Positions 19,450 through 29,606 are shown, numbered from the stretch's first letter. The stretch: DNA of 64,000 nt from Bryobacterales bacterium (GCA_965206775.1 CBDBKU010000003.1:1672884-1736883), one strand, 5' to 3'. Numbers and translations: made by a program. The notes: generated by a model not told the origin, from the letters alone.

Positions 19450-20010
19450 TTGAACGTACAGGCAACCCAGCTTCGGCCTGGCATGGTGATCCGGTATCAC
19501 GGCGACATCTGCACGGTGCATAAGACGGAGCATCGGACGCCGGGCAACAAGCGCGGATTCGTACAAGCCAAGATGCGGAACCATCGCTCGGGAGCGATGG
19601 TCGAGGAGCGGTTCTCATCGGAGGACTTCGTCCCCAAGGTCATGCTGGAATCGCAGGAAATGCAATACCTGTATGCGGACGGCGGGTCGCACCACCTGAT
19701 GAACACCGAGACGTACGAACAGATCGAGCTGACTGGCGACCAGCTCGGCGACCAGGTGAACTACATGATTGTCGACACCGTCGTGAGGGTGCAGTTCCTC
19801 GACGGCATTCCGTTCAATATCGACCTGCCCTCGTCCGTCGACTTGCAGGTCGTGGAGACCGAGCCCGCGATCAAGGGCGCGACCGTGACGAACGTCAACA
19901 AGCCCGCGAAGACAGAGACTGGCTTGGTGGTACAGGTGCCTCAGTTCATCAAGCAGGGCGAGTCCATCCGCGTGAACACGGGGGACGGCAGCTACCTCGG
20001 CAGGGCCTGA
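19450..20010 (+). CDS. efp: Elongation factor P
   Basis: 186 aa that aligns end to end with EF-P (LRPGMVI..., KPAKTETGLVVQVPQFI). The start is TTG, preceded by AGGA. The tip of the modification loop reads TPGNKRG. Confidence 0.95.
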   Translation: MNVQATQLRPGMVIRYHGDICTVHKTEHRTPGNKRGFVQAKMRNHRSGAMVEERFSSEDFVPKVMLESQEMQYLYADGGSHHLMNTETYEQIELTGDQLGDQVNYMIVDTVVRVQFLDGIPFNIDLPSSVDLQVVETEPAIKGATVTNVNKPAKTETGLVVQVPQFIKQGESIRVNTGDGSYLGRA

Positions 20011-20029
20011 GCGGCATCGCTCTCTCCCT

Positions 20030-21427
20030 TCAGCCGTCGCGAAGAGCCGATTCAAGTTCTCTCGCGATCGCGGTTACTACCAAGTCCTCGTTAGGCCTGC
20101 CGACTATTTGCACGCCAATGGGGAGCCCGTCTGGCGACTTTCCGACAGGAACGCTAGCGGCCGGTGCGCCGAGAAGGTTGAAGACCTGGCTATAGACGAA
20201 CGCTCCTGGGTAGCCGACCCGTTCCCCGTCGATTGACCACGACCGCTGTCCGTGACGGAAGGCCGGGACCGCCGCGACCGGACAGAGCAGGATCGGGCAG
20301 TCTTGCATCTGCTCCAGCAGTTTGAGCCGCATCTGGTCCTGAAGGACCCACCCCATCAACAGATCCCGGTAGCCTGTGGCCGCTTCTTCGTCGTCGGCCG
20401 CCATCGCGTCGTACGAGAGAGCGTGCAGGCGGTAGCCATTGGGTACCGAAGACTCGATGAGCGTCTTCAGGCAGATCCCGAACTGCTGCCACCACACTCG
20501 GGGGGCCTGCTCCAAGCCTTGGAGCTCAACCCGACTGACGTGGTGCCCCTTTGTTCGCAGCGCCGCCGCGGCATCTTGCACGGCCGCGCGCGTTTCGCGT
20601 GTGGCTGGTGTGTCCCATGCATGGTCGAACCAGCCAATCCTCACCTCTCGCATGACGTTCTTGCCCGGCATTTCGAGTAGCATTTCCGGCGATGACGAGA
20701 TGTCTCCGGGATCGTATCCCGAGGTGATGGCCAGAAACAGGTCCAGGTCCTCGGCAGTTCGGGTGATTGGTCCGACGCCCGCGAGGATTGTTGAAGGCCC
20801 GGCGACGGATGGCCAGTGGCCTGTTCTCGGAATCGCTCCAGGAGTGGGCTTGAGCCCGTAGAGGCCGCAGAAGTGCGCGGGCACTCGCACCGAGCCGCCG
20901 CCATCGCTGCCGAAACTGCCGGCTGAACAGCCTGCGGCTACCGCCGCCGAGCAACCGCCGCTCGACCCGCCTGGCGTGAATGCTACGTCAAGAGGCGAGT
21001 TCGTCCGGCCGTAGATCGCGTTGTCGGTCTCGTATGCCATCAGAAATTCCGGCACGTTCGTCGAACCGATGACGATCGCTCCGTTCATCTTCAGACGGGC
21101 GACGAGCGTGGCATCCCGAGTAGCTACTTCCCCGAGCCGCAGGGGTGTCCCGCACTCGTGCCGGAAACCCTTGGCAGAGATCGAGCTCTTGACCGTCAGC
21201 GGCACGCCGTGAAGCGGTGCCGCCGGACGACTGCGACGCCACACTCTGTCAGCCTCCGCAGCCAGATCCCGCGCGCGATCGGCTTGCAGATCCGTAATGG
21301 CGTTGATTGCCGGGTTGATCTCCTCGGCGCGCTTGAGGTGCGCTTCGACGACCTCGGTAGAGGACAGCTCGCCTCGGAAGATGAGTCGGCCCAGCGCTGC
21401 CGCGCCGAGGGCGGTGATTTCTGACAT
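20030..21427 (-). CDS. Amidase (amidase signature family)
   Basis: 465 aa with the AS-family motifs GVPLTVKSSI and GGSSGGCSAAVAAG. Confidence 0.85.
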   Translation of the reverse strand: MSEITALGAAALGRLIFRGELSSTEVVEAHLKRAEEINPAINAITDLQADRARDLAAEADRVWRRSRPAAPLHGVPLTVKSSISAKGFRHECGTPLRLGEVATRDATLVARLKMNGAIVIGSTNVPEFLMAYETDNAIYGRTNSPLDVAFTPGGSSGGCSAAVAAGCSAGSFGSDGGGSVRVPAHFCGLYGLKPTPGAIPRTGHWPSVAGPSTILAGVGPITRTAEDLDLFLAITSGYDPGDISSSPEMLLEMPGKNVMREVRIGWFDHAWDTPATRETRAAVQDAAAALRTKGHHVSRVELQGLEQAPRVWWQQFGICLKTLIESSVPNGYRLHALSYDAMAADDEEAATGYRDLLMGWVLQDQMRLKLLEQMQDCPILLCPVAAVPAFRHGQRSWSIDGERVGYPGAFVYSQVFNLLGAPAASVPVGKSPDGLPIGVQIVGRPNEDLVVTAIARELESALRDG

Positions 21428-21563
21428 CCCCTCAAATTAGCAGCGGGATAGCCTGGTCCTTCCCGGAGCCACCGAACGCCGCTCCAAGTCACCGCCTTGT
21501 ACTGAATGGGAGCGTCCCGGGCCGTATGGATTGCCCCATTGGCACGGTATGCTAATAGGCGCC

Positions 21564-22199
21564 ATGAGAATGATCTTCGCCTTCTTCGTTGGCTTGGCAT
21601 GCCTAGGCTGCGGACCCTCCGGCCCGCCGCCGGAGCAGTTGTTCAACGGAACCGACATGACCGGCTGGCGTCACGTGGGACGGGGAGAGTTCTCAGTGGA
21701 GGACGGGGCGCTGAAGACCTCCGGCGGGATGGGCTTGCTCGTGTACGACGGGAAGCCGATCGGCGATTCAGTCCTGCGCGTCTTGTACAAGCCGGAGTCT
21801 CCGGATTCGAACGCCGGAGTGTTCATTCGCGTTCCCGAGGCTCCTCACGATCCCTGGTACGCGGTCCATCGAGGATACGAAGTGCAGATCCAGGACTCGG
21901 GAGACGAGTTTCACCGCACCGGCTCGATCTACTCGCTGGCACCGTCAAAGGAGTTCCCTCCGAGCGACGACGGCTGGAACACCATGGAGATCTCCATCGT
22001 CGGCCAGACCACGCGAATCGAGGTCAACGGAACGCTAGTGAACGAGTTCGAGGGCGGGCAGGACGTGCCCGAGCGGCAGAAATGGTTCGAGCCGCAGCGC
22101 GGCCCGCGTCCCGATGCGGGCTATATCGGCCTGCAGAACCATGACGAGAAGTCGATCGTGCATTTCCGAGAAGTCAGCGTCCGGCCCATCGCCAACTAG
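21564..22199 (+). CDS. DUF1080 (3-keto-disaccharide hydrolase-like) secreted protein
   Basis: It has a signal peptide (MRMIFAFFVGLACLGC). The motifs LFNGTDMTGWRHVG and GYIGLQNHDEKSIVHFREVSVRPI are typical of DUF1080. The start is chosen among several Met codons. Confidence 0.8.
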   Translation: MRMIFAFFVGLACLGCGPSGPPPEQLFNGTDMTGWRHVGRGEFSVEDGALKTSGGMGLLVYDGKPIGDSVLRVLYKPESPDSNAGVFIRVPEAPHDPWYAVHRGYEVQIQDSGDEFHRTGSIYSLAPSKEFPPSDDGWNTMEISIVGQTTRIEVNGTLVNEFEGGQDVPERQKWFEPQRGPRPDAGYIGLQNHDEKSIVHFREVSVRPIAN

Positions 22200-22234
22200 C
22201 GATCCGCCTCCCGGAGGGGGAGCAAGAGCGGGCC

Positions 22235-23092
22235 TCAGGCCGCCGATTTCCGTCGGGTCACCGACGCCCGCAGCTGGCCGACGCCCTCGATACGCGCCTC
22301 GACAGTGTCTCCCGGTTGGATTCTGGCGCCTTTCGGACACCCGGTCGAGAGGATGTCTCCGGGCTCGAACGTCATTACTCGAGTGTGAAACGCCGCGAGG
22401 TGCCACGGGCTGTGCTTCATGTTCGAGACGAAGTCACGCGAGAAGACCCGAGAATTGTGCAGCGTCTGGACCTCGAGTGCGCCCACGTCCTCGATCTCGT
22501 CGGCCGTCACGATGACCGGCCCGAACGAGAAGAACGTGTCGAAGCTCTTGGATCGCTGCAGGTAGCGCGTGTTGCGCGCCAGTATGTCCAGCGCCGTCAT
22601 GTCGAGCGCTGTCGTGTAGCCAAACAGAGCCTCCCTCACCTCTTCTAGCGGCACGTCCCGGCAGCGCTTGCCGAATACGAGCGCCAGTTCGCCCTCAGCG
22701 TCCACGTCCCGCGAGAGATCCTCGGAAGGCAGCTCGATGGCGCCCTCCGGCTCGAAGAACGACGACGAGGGTTTCATGAAGCTCCCTGGCTCTTCTGGCT
22801 GGACTTCGCTCAGATCCTCCGCATGGGACTTGTAGTTGAGGCCGATGCACCAAACCTTCCCCGGTGTCGAGTAAGGAATGCGCAACCGAGTCTCTTCAAG
22901 CGGGATCTCGGCTTCGAGGCCTTGCGCGAGCGCTGCCAGCGCCTGCCCCGATTCGGACTTGATCAGCGCGAGCATCTCGACCGGGAAGTCCGCCCCGCGC
23001 TTGGCGTTGACTTGGCTCACAGGCAGGATCTTGTCGTCGCGCAGGATCCCCGCCTCGCATGCCCCGGCATGTTCAAAAGTGCAGAGTTTCAT
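22235..23092 (-). CDS. Fumarylacetoacetate hydrolase (FAH) family protein
   Basis: 285 aa with the C-terminal motif PGDILSTGCPKGARIQPGDTVEARIEGVGQL, characteristic of FAH-fold hydrolases and hydratases. Confidence 0.85.
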   Translation of the reverse strand: MKLCTFEHAGACEAGILRDDKILPVSQVNAKRGADFPVEMLALIKSESGQALAALAQGLEAEIPLEETRLRIPYSTPGKVWCIGLNYKSHAEDLSEVQPEEPGSFMKPSSSFFEPEGAIELPSEDLSRDVDAEGELALVFGKRCRDVPLEEVREALFGYTTALDMTALDILARNTRYLQRSKSFDTFFSFGPVIVTADEIEDVGALEVQTLHNSRVFSRDFVSNMKHSPWHLAAFHTRVMTFEPGDILSTGCPKGARIQPGDTVEARIEGVGQLRASVTRRKSAA

Positions 23093-23256
23093 CGAAATCT
23101 CATCGTAGCCCGATTCAAGGGCCGTCTCGGAATCGCTCGTTTCGCTCGATGCAGGAGCCCCCGAGCATCAGAATTGCTGTTGCTCAGGCAGCGAAGACGG
23201 GACTCGAGCAACGCAGCGTCCGGCCTGGCCGAGGTGTCACCCGATCTAGCGAGCGA

Positions 23257-25905
23257 TTAGAACGCTAGTGCCAGGCTAAACTTGAACGCCCGGCCATCGT
23301 TGAGAGTGTTTGTGATCTGCCCGAAGTTCGGGGACGTCAACTCGCGGCCCGGTTCGGCGAATTGTGGGTGATTGAACAGATTCAGGCCTTCCGCTCGGAA
23401 TCGCACTCCCGTGTCCCCAGGCAGCGTCCACTTTCGGGACAGCGCGACGTTGACATTGAAGATTCCGTCCTTGCGAAACGTATTGCGCCCGAGGTTGCCG
23501 GACGAGTCAGTGGGTCGGATGAATGCGAACGCTGAGACGGGCAAGAGTCCCGCCGATGTGTCTGGGTCGTCCACGGACCGGCCGAGCAATGTCGCATCGA
23601 GCAAGTTCGGCCGGTCTCCGGGCGAGCCGTCCACGTTCCCGAAACCCTGTCCGTCCGAGCCCGCTATGACATCAAAGGGAGTGCCGGACTTCGCCAGGAC
23701 GACCGAACTCACGCTCCAGCCGCCCGCGATCGCTCTAATTGGCCCTTGATGGGAAGGCACGGTCCAGGTCGTCTTGAGCAGCAGGGCATGCGGCTGGTCG
23801 AACGAGCTGACAGCCCTCATCTCCGCGTGCGAATTGAATTCCGACTGGCTTCGTCCGAGCCGGCCCGAGCGGCCCGAAGCGGTGTTCGAGAAATCGTTGC
23901 CCAGATCGATCGCCTTGCTCCACCAGTACGACGCCTCCATGCTCAGGCTCTTCCAGTTCGGAACAGTCAGAACGACCTTCGCCGCGTCGAAGTATCCTCT
24001 GGAGCCGTTCAGCACCAAGCGGTTGTCGAAGAATCGGGAATTCGGTCGTCGCTGGTTCACGGTGCGAGTGGTCTGCGGCACGCCCGGTATTGGCTGGGCG
24101 CGGTTCGTGTACCACAGCGTTAGGAGCTTGTGCGTGCGGCTTCCTACATAGCCGAGATCGATCGTCCAGTCACCACCCAGGCCCAGCTGCCAGTCCAGCC
24201 CGTACTGATGGGAATAGGGAGTGGCGAGTTCCGGATCCAGCGAGAAGACGGTGGATCGCCCGGTCCGGTCCAGGCCGGCCGGGTCCAGCCTCCCGAGCGG
24301 GCGAACCAAATCGGGGGCCTGCACGGCGATGTTGATGTTCTGCGGAGGGCTGAACCGCGCCTGCCCGTAGGTCACGTCGAAGATCTGTCCGTGGTGGATT
24401 CCGTAGGAGCCGCGCCAGACGCCCAGCCCGTTGCCCAGTCGGTAGGCGAAGCCAAATCTAGGCGCTAGGTTGTTGCAGTCGCAGTCGTAAGGAATCGATG
24501 TGAGTCCCTGAACCTCGTTCGGGGAAGTCACTGGCTCGTAGCGGAGCCCAATGTCCAGGGTCATGGCGTTCGAGACCTTCCACTTGTCGCCTATGTAGTA
24601 CTGCATGGCCCAGTTGCGGAACCCTCGGTGGACGTTGCCGATCGCCACGCGGTAGACGCTGGGAGTGCCGAGCCGAATGTTGGTGATTGCGTCTCGACCA
24701 AAGTCGTTGCGAAAAAAGAATAGTCCGCGATGGCTTTCAGCCTCCCAACTGTTCACCTGCCTTCGGGTCAATTCCGTCCCGAATGTCCACGTGTGGTCGC
24801 CGCGCAGGTGCTCGGCACGCGCCGCGTATGTGAATCGGTTGAGCGCGCGGTCAATCGGGATGTTGGAGCTTGGGCCTAGGAACTCGACGACGAATCCAGT
24901 CAGGACCAGCGGGCCCACTGACGACTCTTCGCCGACCAAGAGGCTACCCACCCGCTCGTAACCAACCGTAACATCTGTCGTCGTCGACGAAGACCAACTT
25001 CGATTCCACCCTGCCATGGCAAGGTGGTTCTTGGTGGTGGTGTCGGGATTCTGGCCCCCCACTAGCTGGAAGGCATCGACCTTCTGCCCTGTGAAGCCGT
25101 ACTGCATGGCGATGTGGTCCCGACTGCCCGCCGCCTGTCGGAGCCGGATCGAGCCGCGGTCGTTGTCGATGCTCTGGATGTCGTTGGTGTTCAAGGCCCT
25201 TGGGTTGATGTCCGTACGATTCGGAAGCTCGTCCGGGTAGGCGTCCAAGAGCCGCTGCACGTAGGCTCGCCTGTCCGGGTCCGTCGCGAGAGGCGTGCGC
25301 TCGTCGGGCGCGGGCACAAGGACGTTGCCGTTGACGTTGCCACGCGATCTCAGCTGGTTCCCTTCGAACGTCAGCGCCGCGCCGCGCCACGCCGTCGTGC
25401 CGACCGTGAAGCCAAAGTCGTTGTCGTGCGCTGGGCGCACGCCGCCGGCTTGGAAGAACGAACGTGCGCTGCTCACGCTGTTCTGATGGGTCCAGCGGAG
25501 TTCCCCGTGCGCGTTTGCAACCGGAGTGGCAGATGCCTGCTTGAAGCGCCTCGGCGGCTGCCCGAATTCGGCGGCGAAGTACCGGTTCTCGATTCGGAAA
25601 TCTATGGGAACCGTGGCCGTGGTTCCCATGCGGGTCGTCAGCTCGCGCAGCACGTTGTTGTCGATCAACGTAATTCGCACGTTCTCGTTCCGCCGTCCCT
25701 CTCCTTCTTCCGAGTCGACCTCGCCCAGCAAATTGAGATCAGTTCGGTCGACGTCGCCCTCTGCCGAGGATTCTGACGCCGGCGGAGGACGCTCAGTCTC
25801 GGGCTCCACCGCTTGCGAAGGCTGTTGGGCCGGCATAGCCGCCGCCGCCACCAGCGCCATCGTCCAGGTTGCGATGATTCCCCTCATTCTTCGGGATTCT
25901 CGCAT
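23257..25905 (-). CDS. Outer-membrane beta-barrel protein, TonB-dependent-receptor-like (acidobacterial type)
   Basis: 882 aa with a signal peptide and an alternating beta-strand pattern. It has aromatic girdle residues and a C-terminal ...FKFSLALAF ending in Phe. I saw no clear plug or CarboxypepD_reg domain by eye. Confidence 0.7.
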   Translation of the reverse strand: MRESRRMRGIIATWTMALVAAAAMPAQQPSQAVEPETERPPPASESSAEGDVDRTDLNLLGEVDSEEGEGRRNENVRITLIDNNVLRELTTRMGTTATVPIDFRIENRYFAAEFGQPPRRFKQASATPVANAHGELRWTHQNSVSSARSFFQAGGVRPAHDNDFGFTVGTTAWRGAALTFEGNQLRSRGNVNGNVLVPAPDERTPLATDPDRRAYVQRLLDAYPDELPNRTDINPRALNTNDIQSIDNDRGSIRLRQAAGSRDHIAMQYGFTGQKVDAFQLVGGQNPDTTTKNHLAMAGWNRSWSSSTTTDVTVGYERVGSLLVGEESSVGPLVLTGFVVEFLGPSSNIPIDRALNRFTYAARAEHLRGDHTWTFGTELTRRQVNSWEAESHRGLFFFRNDFGRDAITNIRLGTPSVYRVAIGNVHRGFRNWAMQYYIGDKWKVSNAMTLDIGLRYEPVTSPNEVQGLTSIPYDCDCNNLAPRFGFAYRLGNGLGVWRGSYGIHHGQIFDVTYGQARFSPPQNINIAVQAPDLVRPLGRLDPAGLDRTGRSTVFSLDPELATPYSHQYGLDWQLGLGGDWTIDLGYVGSRTHKLLTLWYTNRAQPIPGVPQTTRTVNQRRPNSRFFDNRLVLNGSRGYFDAAKVVLTVPNWKSLSMEASYWWSKAIDLGNDFSNTASGRSGRLGRSQSEFNSHAEMRAVSSFDQPHALLLKTTWTVPSHQGPIRAIAGGWSVSSVVLAKSGTPFDVIAGSDGQGFGNVDGSPGDRPNLLDATLLGRSVDDPDTSAGLLPVSAFAFIRPTDSSGNLGRNTFRKDGIFNVNVALSRKWTLPGDTGVRFRAEGLNLFNHPQFAEPGRELTSPNFGQITNTLNDGRAFKFSLALAF

Positions 25906-26058
25906 ACCGGCCCGGAATCGTCCGCCGTACCGGGTTCAGGTCCCGAGAGTGGCGAGGCTGCGATTGCGGCTCGCGCCCTCGGGCGTGTATGATTCTGGCG
26001 CCAGTCGCCGGGCCAACAGGGGGATGCATCCTTGCGGGGCCTTGGACAAGGAGGTCTA

Positions 26059-26838
26059 ATGGACAAACTGTTGAACCGCGTGGCTCTCGTCACCGGGGCA
26101 GGACGGGGTATCGGGCGAGCGATCGCGATCGCGTTCGGAACCGAGGGCGCGAGAGTCGCGCTCGCGGCGCGAACTCGGGCCGAGCTCGACGAAGTCGAGG
26201 CCGCTGTCCGGTCGGCAGGGGCCGAGGCAATTTCGATCGAAGCCGACTTGGCCGACCGAGCCACTCCCAAGCGGCTGGCTTGCGAAGTAGCCGACCGTCT
26301 CGGGCCGGTGGAGATTCTGGTCAACAATGCGGGCGTTGGAGGAGGGACGAAGTTCAGGCCCGTGTCCGATTTCGACGACGATCATTGGCACCTGACGCTC
26401 GCGGTGAACCTCACGGCACCCTATCTTCTGACCAAGGCGGTGTTGCCGTCCATGCTGGAGCAGGGAAGGGGGCGGGTCATCACTGTCGCCTCGATCAACT
26501 CCAAGCGGGCTTCCTATCACGGCTGCGCCTATGCTGCCAGCAAGCACGGAGTGATGGGCTTCATGCGGAGCCTCGCGCTGGAGGTTGCCCCGGTAGGGAT
26601 TACTGCGAACTGCATCTGTCCGGGACCAGTAGAGACCGCCATGCTGGAGAAGAGAATTCAATACGACTCCCATCGGCTCGGCCGGTCAGCCGAGGAGCAC
26701 GTGCGACAGATGACGCCGATGGGGAAGATCCTGGTGCCGGAGGACATCGCACCGATGGCCGTCTATCTCGCATCGGATGACGCGCGCATGATCACCGGCC
26801 AGGCTTACAACGTTTGCGGCGGGATGGTCATGCACTAG
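26059..26838 (+). CDS. Short-chain dehydrogenase/reductase (SDR)
   Basis: An AGGAGG ribosome-binding site lies 5 nt before the ATG at 26059. It has TGAGRGIGRAIA, NNAG and YAASKHG, the classical SDR motifs. Confidence 0.9.
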   Translation: MDKLLNRVALVTGAGRGIGRAIAIAFGTEGARVALAARTRAELDEVEAAVRSAGAEAISIEADLADRATPKRLACEVADRLGPVEILVNNAGVGGGTKFRPVSDFDDDHWHLTLAVNLTAPYLLTKAVLPSMLEQGRGRVITVASINSKRASYHGCAYAASKHGVMGFMRSLALEVAPVGITANCICPGPVETAMLEKRIQYDSHRLGRSAEEHVRQMTPMGKILVPEDIAPMAVYLASDDARMITGQAYNVCGGMVMH

Positions 26839-26910
26839 CCGGCCACCGGAACTCGCCTGACGCAGGAAATCCTCTCGTCCCAGGACCAGTTGGTGGCAGG
26901 TCCGCGAGTA

Positions 26911-28002
26911 TCAGGCGTCGGGCTGTAGCCGCCTGATCGCGTCGTAATCGAATTCCAGCCCTAGGCCGGGCTCCTGGGATAGGACGATTTCCCCGCCGGC
27001 CATCGAGAACGTATCCGTGAACAGCGGCAGGGCCCAAGGCATGTGTTCGACGATGAGCCCGTTCGGAGCCGCCGCGACGCAATGCGCCAGAATCTCCGGT
27101 GCCAGGTGGCTGACGACCGGCTTGTTGAAGGCTTCGGCTAGGTGCGCCGCCTTCATCCAATGGGTGATGCCGCCAACTCGGAGCAGATCAACCATGACGA
27201 CGTCGACGCTGCCTCGCTCGAGCATGTGAGCGAATGGCGCGATCCCGTAGTGGTACTCGCCGGTAGCGATCGGGGTGTCCAGAGCGTCCGCGATCCGCGC
27301 TAGTCCGTCGTAGTCCTGATGATGCACCGGATCCTCGAGCCAGAACAGTCCGCTCTCCTCCATCGCACGCCCCACTCGGATTGATCGATCGACACCCCAG
27401 CCTTGGTTGATGTCGACCATCAAGTCGACTTCGTCGCCGACCGCCTTGCGCAGCGATCGCATTCGCCGGATTTCCGCAGCCGGGGATTTCTCCGCACCCA
27501 TGCGGAACTTCATCGCCCGGAAACCGCTGGCGGCCAGTTCCTCCCCCTTGGATGCCAGCATGGCGGCGTCGTAGTCTCGCCACAGGTATCCGCTGGCGTA
27601 GGCGGGAACTCGATTCGACTCGCCACCCAGGAGCCGGTACAGAGGCAGTCCTGCGGCCTTGCCCTTGATATCCCAAAGGGCGACGTCGATCGCGGCGGCG
27701 GCCGATGTCACCAGGCCCGCCGGGGCACCGAAGCCGCCGAGGTCCAGCAAGTTCGCGCTCACAGATTCGACCGCGGACGGATCCTCGCCCACCGTCCACT
27801 CCGCCAAGGCGTCGACGGTCTCGCGCAAGGGCTTCAGCATCGAGGCATTGACGAAGCCGGAATAGCCGATGCCTTCCACTCCGTCGTCGGTTCGCAGCTC
27901 GAGCGTGACGAAGTTGGCGATCTTGGTCGCGATCGATTCCTCTGTCGGATCGGCCAGCATTGCTGGACAGGCGAATTGTGTGCGATAGGACGAGATTTTC
28001 AT
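26911..28002 (-). CDS. Enolase-superfamily acid-sugar dehydratase (mandelate racemase/muconate lactonizing enzyme family)
   Basis: It has an MR/MLE N-terminal capping domain and a barrel domain, with metal-ligand-region motifs (DLMVDINQGW, WLEDP, IATGE). I chose the start MKISSYRT at 28002. Confidence 0.85.
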   Translation of the reverse strand: MKISSYRTQFACPAMLADPTEESIATKIANFVTLELRTDDGVEGIGYSGFVNASMLKPLRETVDALAEWTVGEDPSAVESVSANLLDLGGFGAPAGLVTSAAAAIDVALWDIKGKAAGLPLYRLLGGESNRVPAYASGYLWRDYDAAMLASKGEELAASGFRAMKFRMGAEKSPAAEIRRMRSLRKAVGDEVDLMVDINQGWGVDRSIRVGRAMEESGLFWLEDPVHHQDYDGLARIADALDTPIATGEYHYGIAPFAHMLERGSVDVVMVDLLRVGGITHWMKAAHLAEAFNKPVVSHLAPEILAHCVAAAPNGLIVEHMPWALPLFTDTFSMAGGEIVLSQEPGLGLEFDYDAIRRLQPDA

Positions 28003-28097
28003 GACGCCACGCTGTTCCCCCAAGCTCGCGGCGCCGTGATCGCGCCGCATCCGTTTCCGCCGATTTCGGCGAACCGGACGGGATCCTAGTTGCCCAA

Positions 28098-28556
28098 TCA
28101 GTATACGGTTTCGCCGGTCGGGTCAGGTCCCGCCGACGTGGTTCTGTTCCAGACGAGGCGCGTGCGGTACGAACGGCATCCGGAAGGGATCGGAGGCGTC
28201 TCGATGACCAGCATGCCCCCCTCGAACCGAAGATGCCGGACCTGGTCCGTGCCGACCCAGTTCGGATGCCAGCTGCCGAGAACTCGATGCGTGACCGTGC
28301 GGGCACGCTCGTCGACAATGTAGGTCCCGTAATACCCGAGGTACCCAAGAAAAGCCGCTCGTGTTTCCTCGGCCGGTGCGCGCCGCGCACTAGTGCGGAG
28401 TCGCGGGATGTCCGGTCGCATCAAGTGACCGGTGACGTAGCCGGTTGCCGTGTAGACGAGCAAGCCCTCCGGGGTTTCCCCGTAGGGAAAGTCGACCTCG
28501 CCGTCCGACCATCGGACTTCGCAGCTGACAAGACGGTAGGTGCCTTCGATTTCCAT
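28098..28556 (-). CDS. Lipocalin-like domain protein
   Basis: 152 aa. The sequence GTYRLVSCEVRWSDGEVDFPYGETPEGLLVYTATGY...YYGTY matches the lipocalin-like (PF13924-type) pattern as I remember it. Confidence 0.6.
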   Translation of the reverse strand: MEIEGTYRLVSCEVRWSDGEVDFPYGETPEGLLVYTATGYVTGHLMRPDIPRLRTSARRAPAEETRAAFLGYLGYYGTYIVDERARTVTHRVLGSWHPNWVGTDQVRHLRFEGGMLVIETPPIPSGCRSYRTRLVWNRTTSAGPDPTGETVY

Positions 28557-28635
28557 GGCGCTTTCACTAAGGCTTGCAGGTCTGGGACGATCGCTCCCAA
28601 TCCCAGCGCAGGAACGAACCCGCTGCAATCGACAG

Positions 28636-29472
28636 TTAGGGCAAGCCGGCTCCTGGGACGCCCACCCGAACGGTCTCGACGCGGGCGCTGCGCAGAGCGA
28701 CGGCCTTGGCAGGCTGCGTGGTTTCCGATGTCAGCACGAACAGAGTGCGTCGATCGGAACCGCCTAGCATGCATGCAATCGCCTTCCGTCCGACACAGAC
28801 CCGATCGGTGATCTCGCCGCCTTCGCGTACTCGCACTGCAGCCCGTTCCGTGGGAGACGCCACCCAAATGCAGCCCTGCGCGTCCAAGCAGATGCCGTCC
28901 GGAGCCATGCCGATCTCCGCCCAGACGCGACGCCGGGAAAGCGAACCGTCTCTCTCGATATCGAATGCTGTGAGCCGACGGCCGTAGCTCTCGCCTACGA
29001 CTAGCGTACGACCGTCGTCCGCTATCACCGTGCCGTTCGGGAACATCAGGTCCTCGGCCACGACCCGTGCGGTTCCGTCGGGGTCTACGGCGATGAGACT
29101 AGCCGGTCGGAAGCTGGCGTGAGCGAAGTGATCGAACCCGAAATGGCCTATATACGCGCGTCCAATTGTATCCACCACCATGTCATTGCACTCGTGGGCA
29201 GCGAGACCGCTCAAGTCGGCATGCTCGGCGAAGCCGTCAGGCTCCAGGCGCAAGAGCCGGCGGTCTGTCATGGAAACGACCAGCATCCGTCCGTTCGGAA
29301 GCCACCCGAGGCCCGAGGGCCGGTTAGGAACAGTCGCGACTACTTCGGAGACTCCGTCCGCGCCCACGGTCATGACAGCACGGCCGTGCATGTCGGAAAA
29401 CCACAGCTTTCCCTCGTGCCAGCGCGGCCCCTCGAGGAACGCGCCGCCATCGAGAAGCACTCTTGCCTTCAT
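28636..29472 (-). CDS. SMP-30/gluconolactonase/LRE family lactonase
   Basis: 278 aa with a six-bladed propeller pattern: EGPRWHEGKLWFSD, PSGLGWLPNG, NDMVVD and PDGICLDAQG. Confidence 0.85.
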   Translation of the reverse strand: MKARVLLDGGAFLEGPRWHEGKLWFSDMHGRAVMTVGADGVSEVVATVPNRPSGLGWLPNGRMLVVSMTDRRLLRLEPDGFAEHADLSGLAAHECNDMVVDTIGRAYIGHFGFDHFAHASFRPASLIAVDPDGTARVVAEDLMFPNGTVIADDGRTLVVGESYGRRLTAFDIERDGSLSRRRVWAEIGMAPDGICLDAQGCIWVASPTERAAVRVREGGEITDRVCVGRKAIACMLGGSDRRTLFVLTSETTQPAKAVALRSARVETVRVGVPGAGLP

Positions 29473-29606
29473 CAGTCCTCGTTAGAGCAGCGCGGACGGC
29501 TCGGAAGCCTCCGGGGCCTCGCCAGTTACCGTCATGTCCCTGCCAGACTTGACTCTCCGGGAGGTCGAGGCCTCGTCAAACATCTGGTCAGCGATCCGAG
29601 CCGGCA

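Noticed and set aside
27188-28390. A 400-aa ORF on the minus strand that overlaps the enolase-superfamily gene in another frame
   Set aside because: It is Arg/Gly/Pro-rich with no motifs. It is typical of spurious alternative-frame ORFs in high-GC DNA, and the in-frame MR/MLE gene explains the region.
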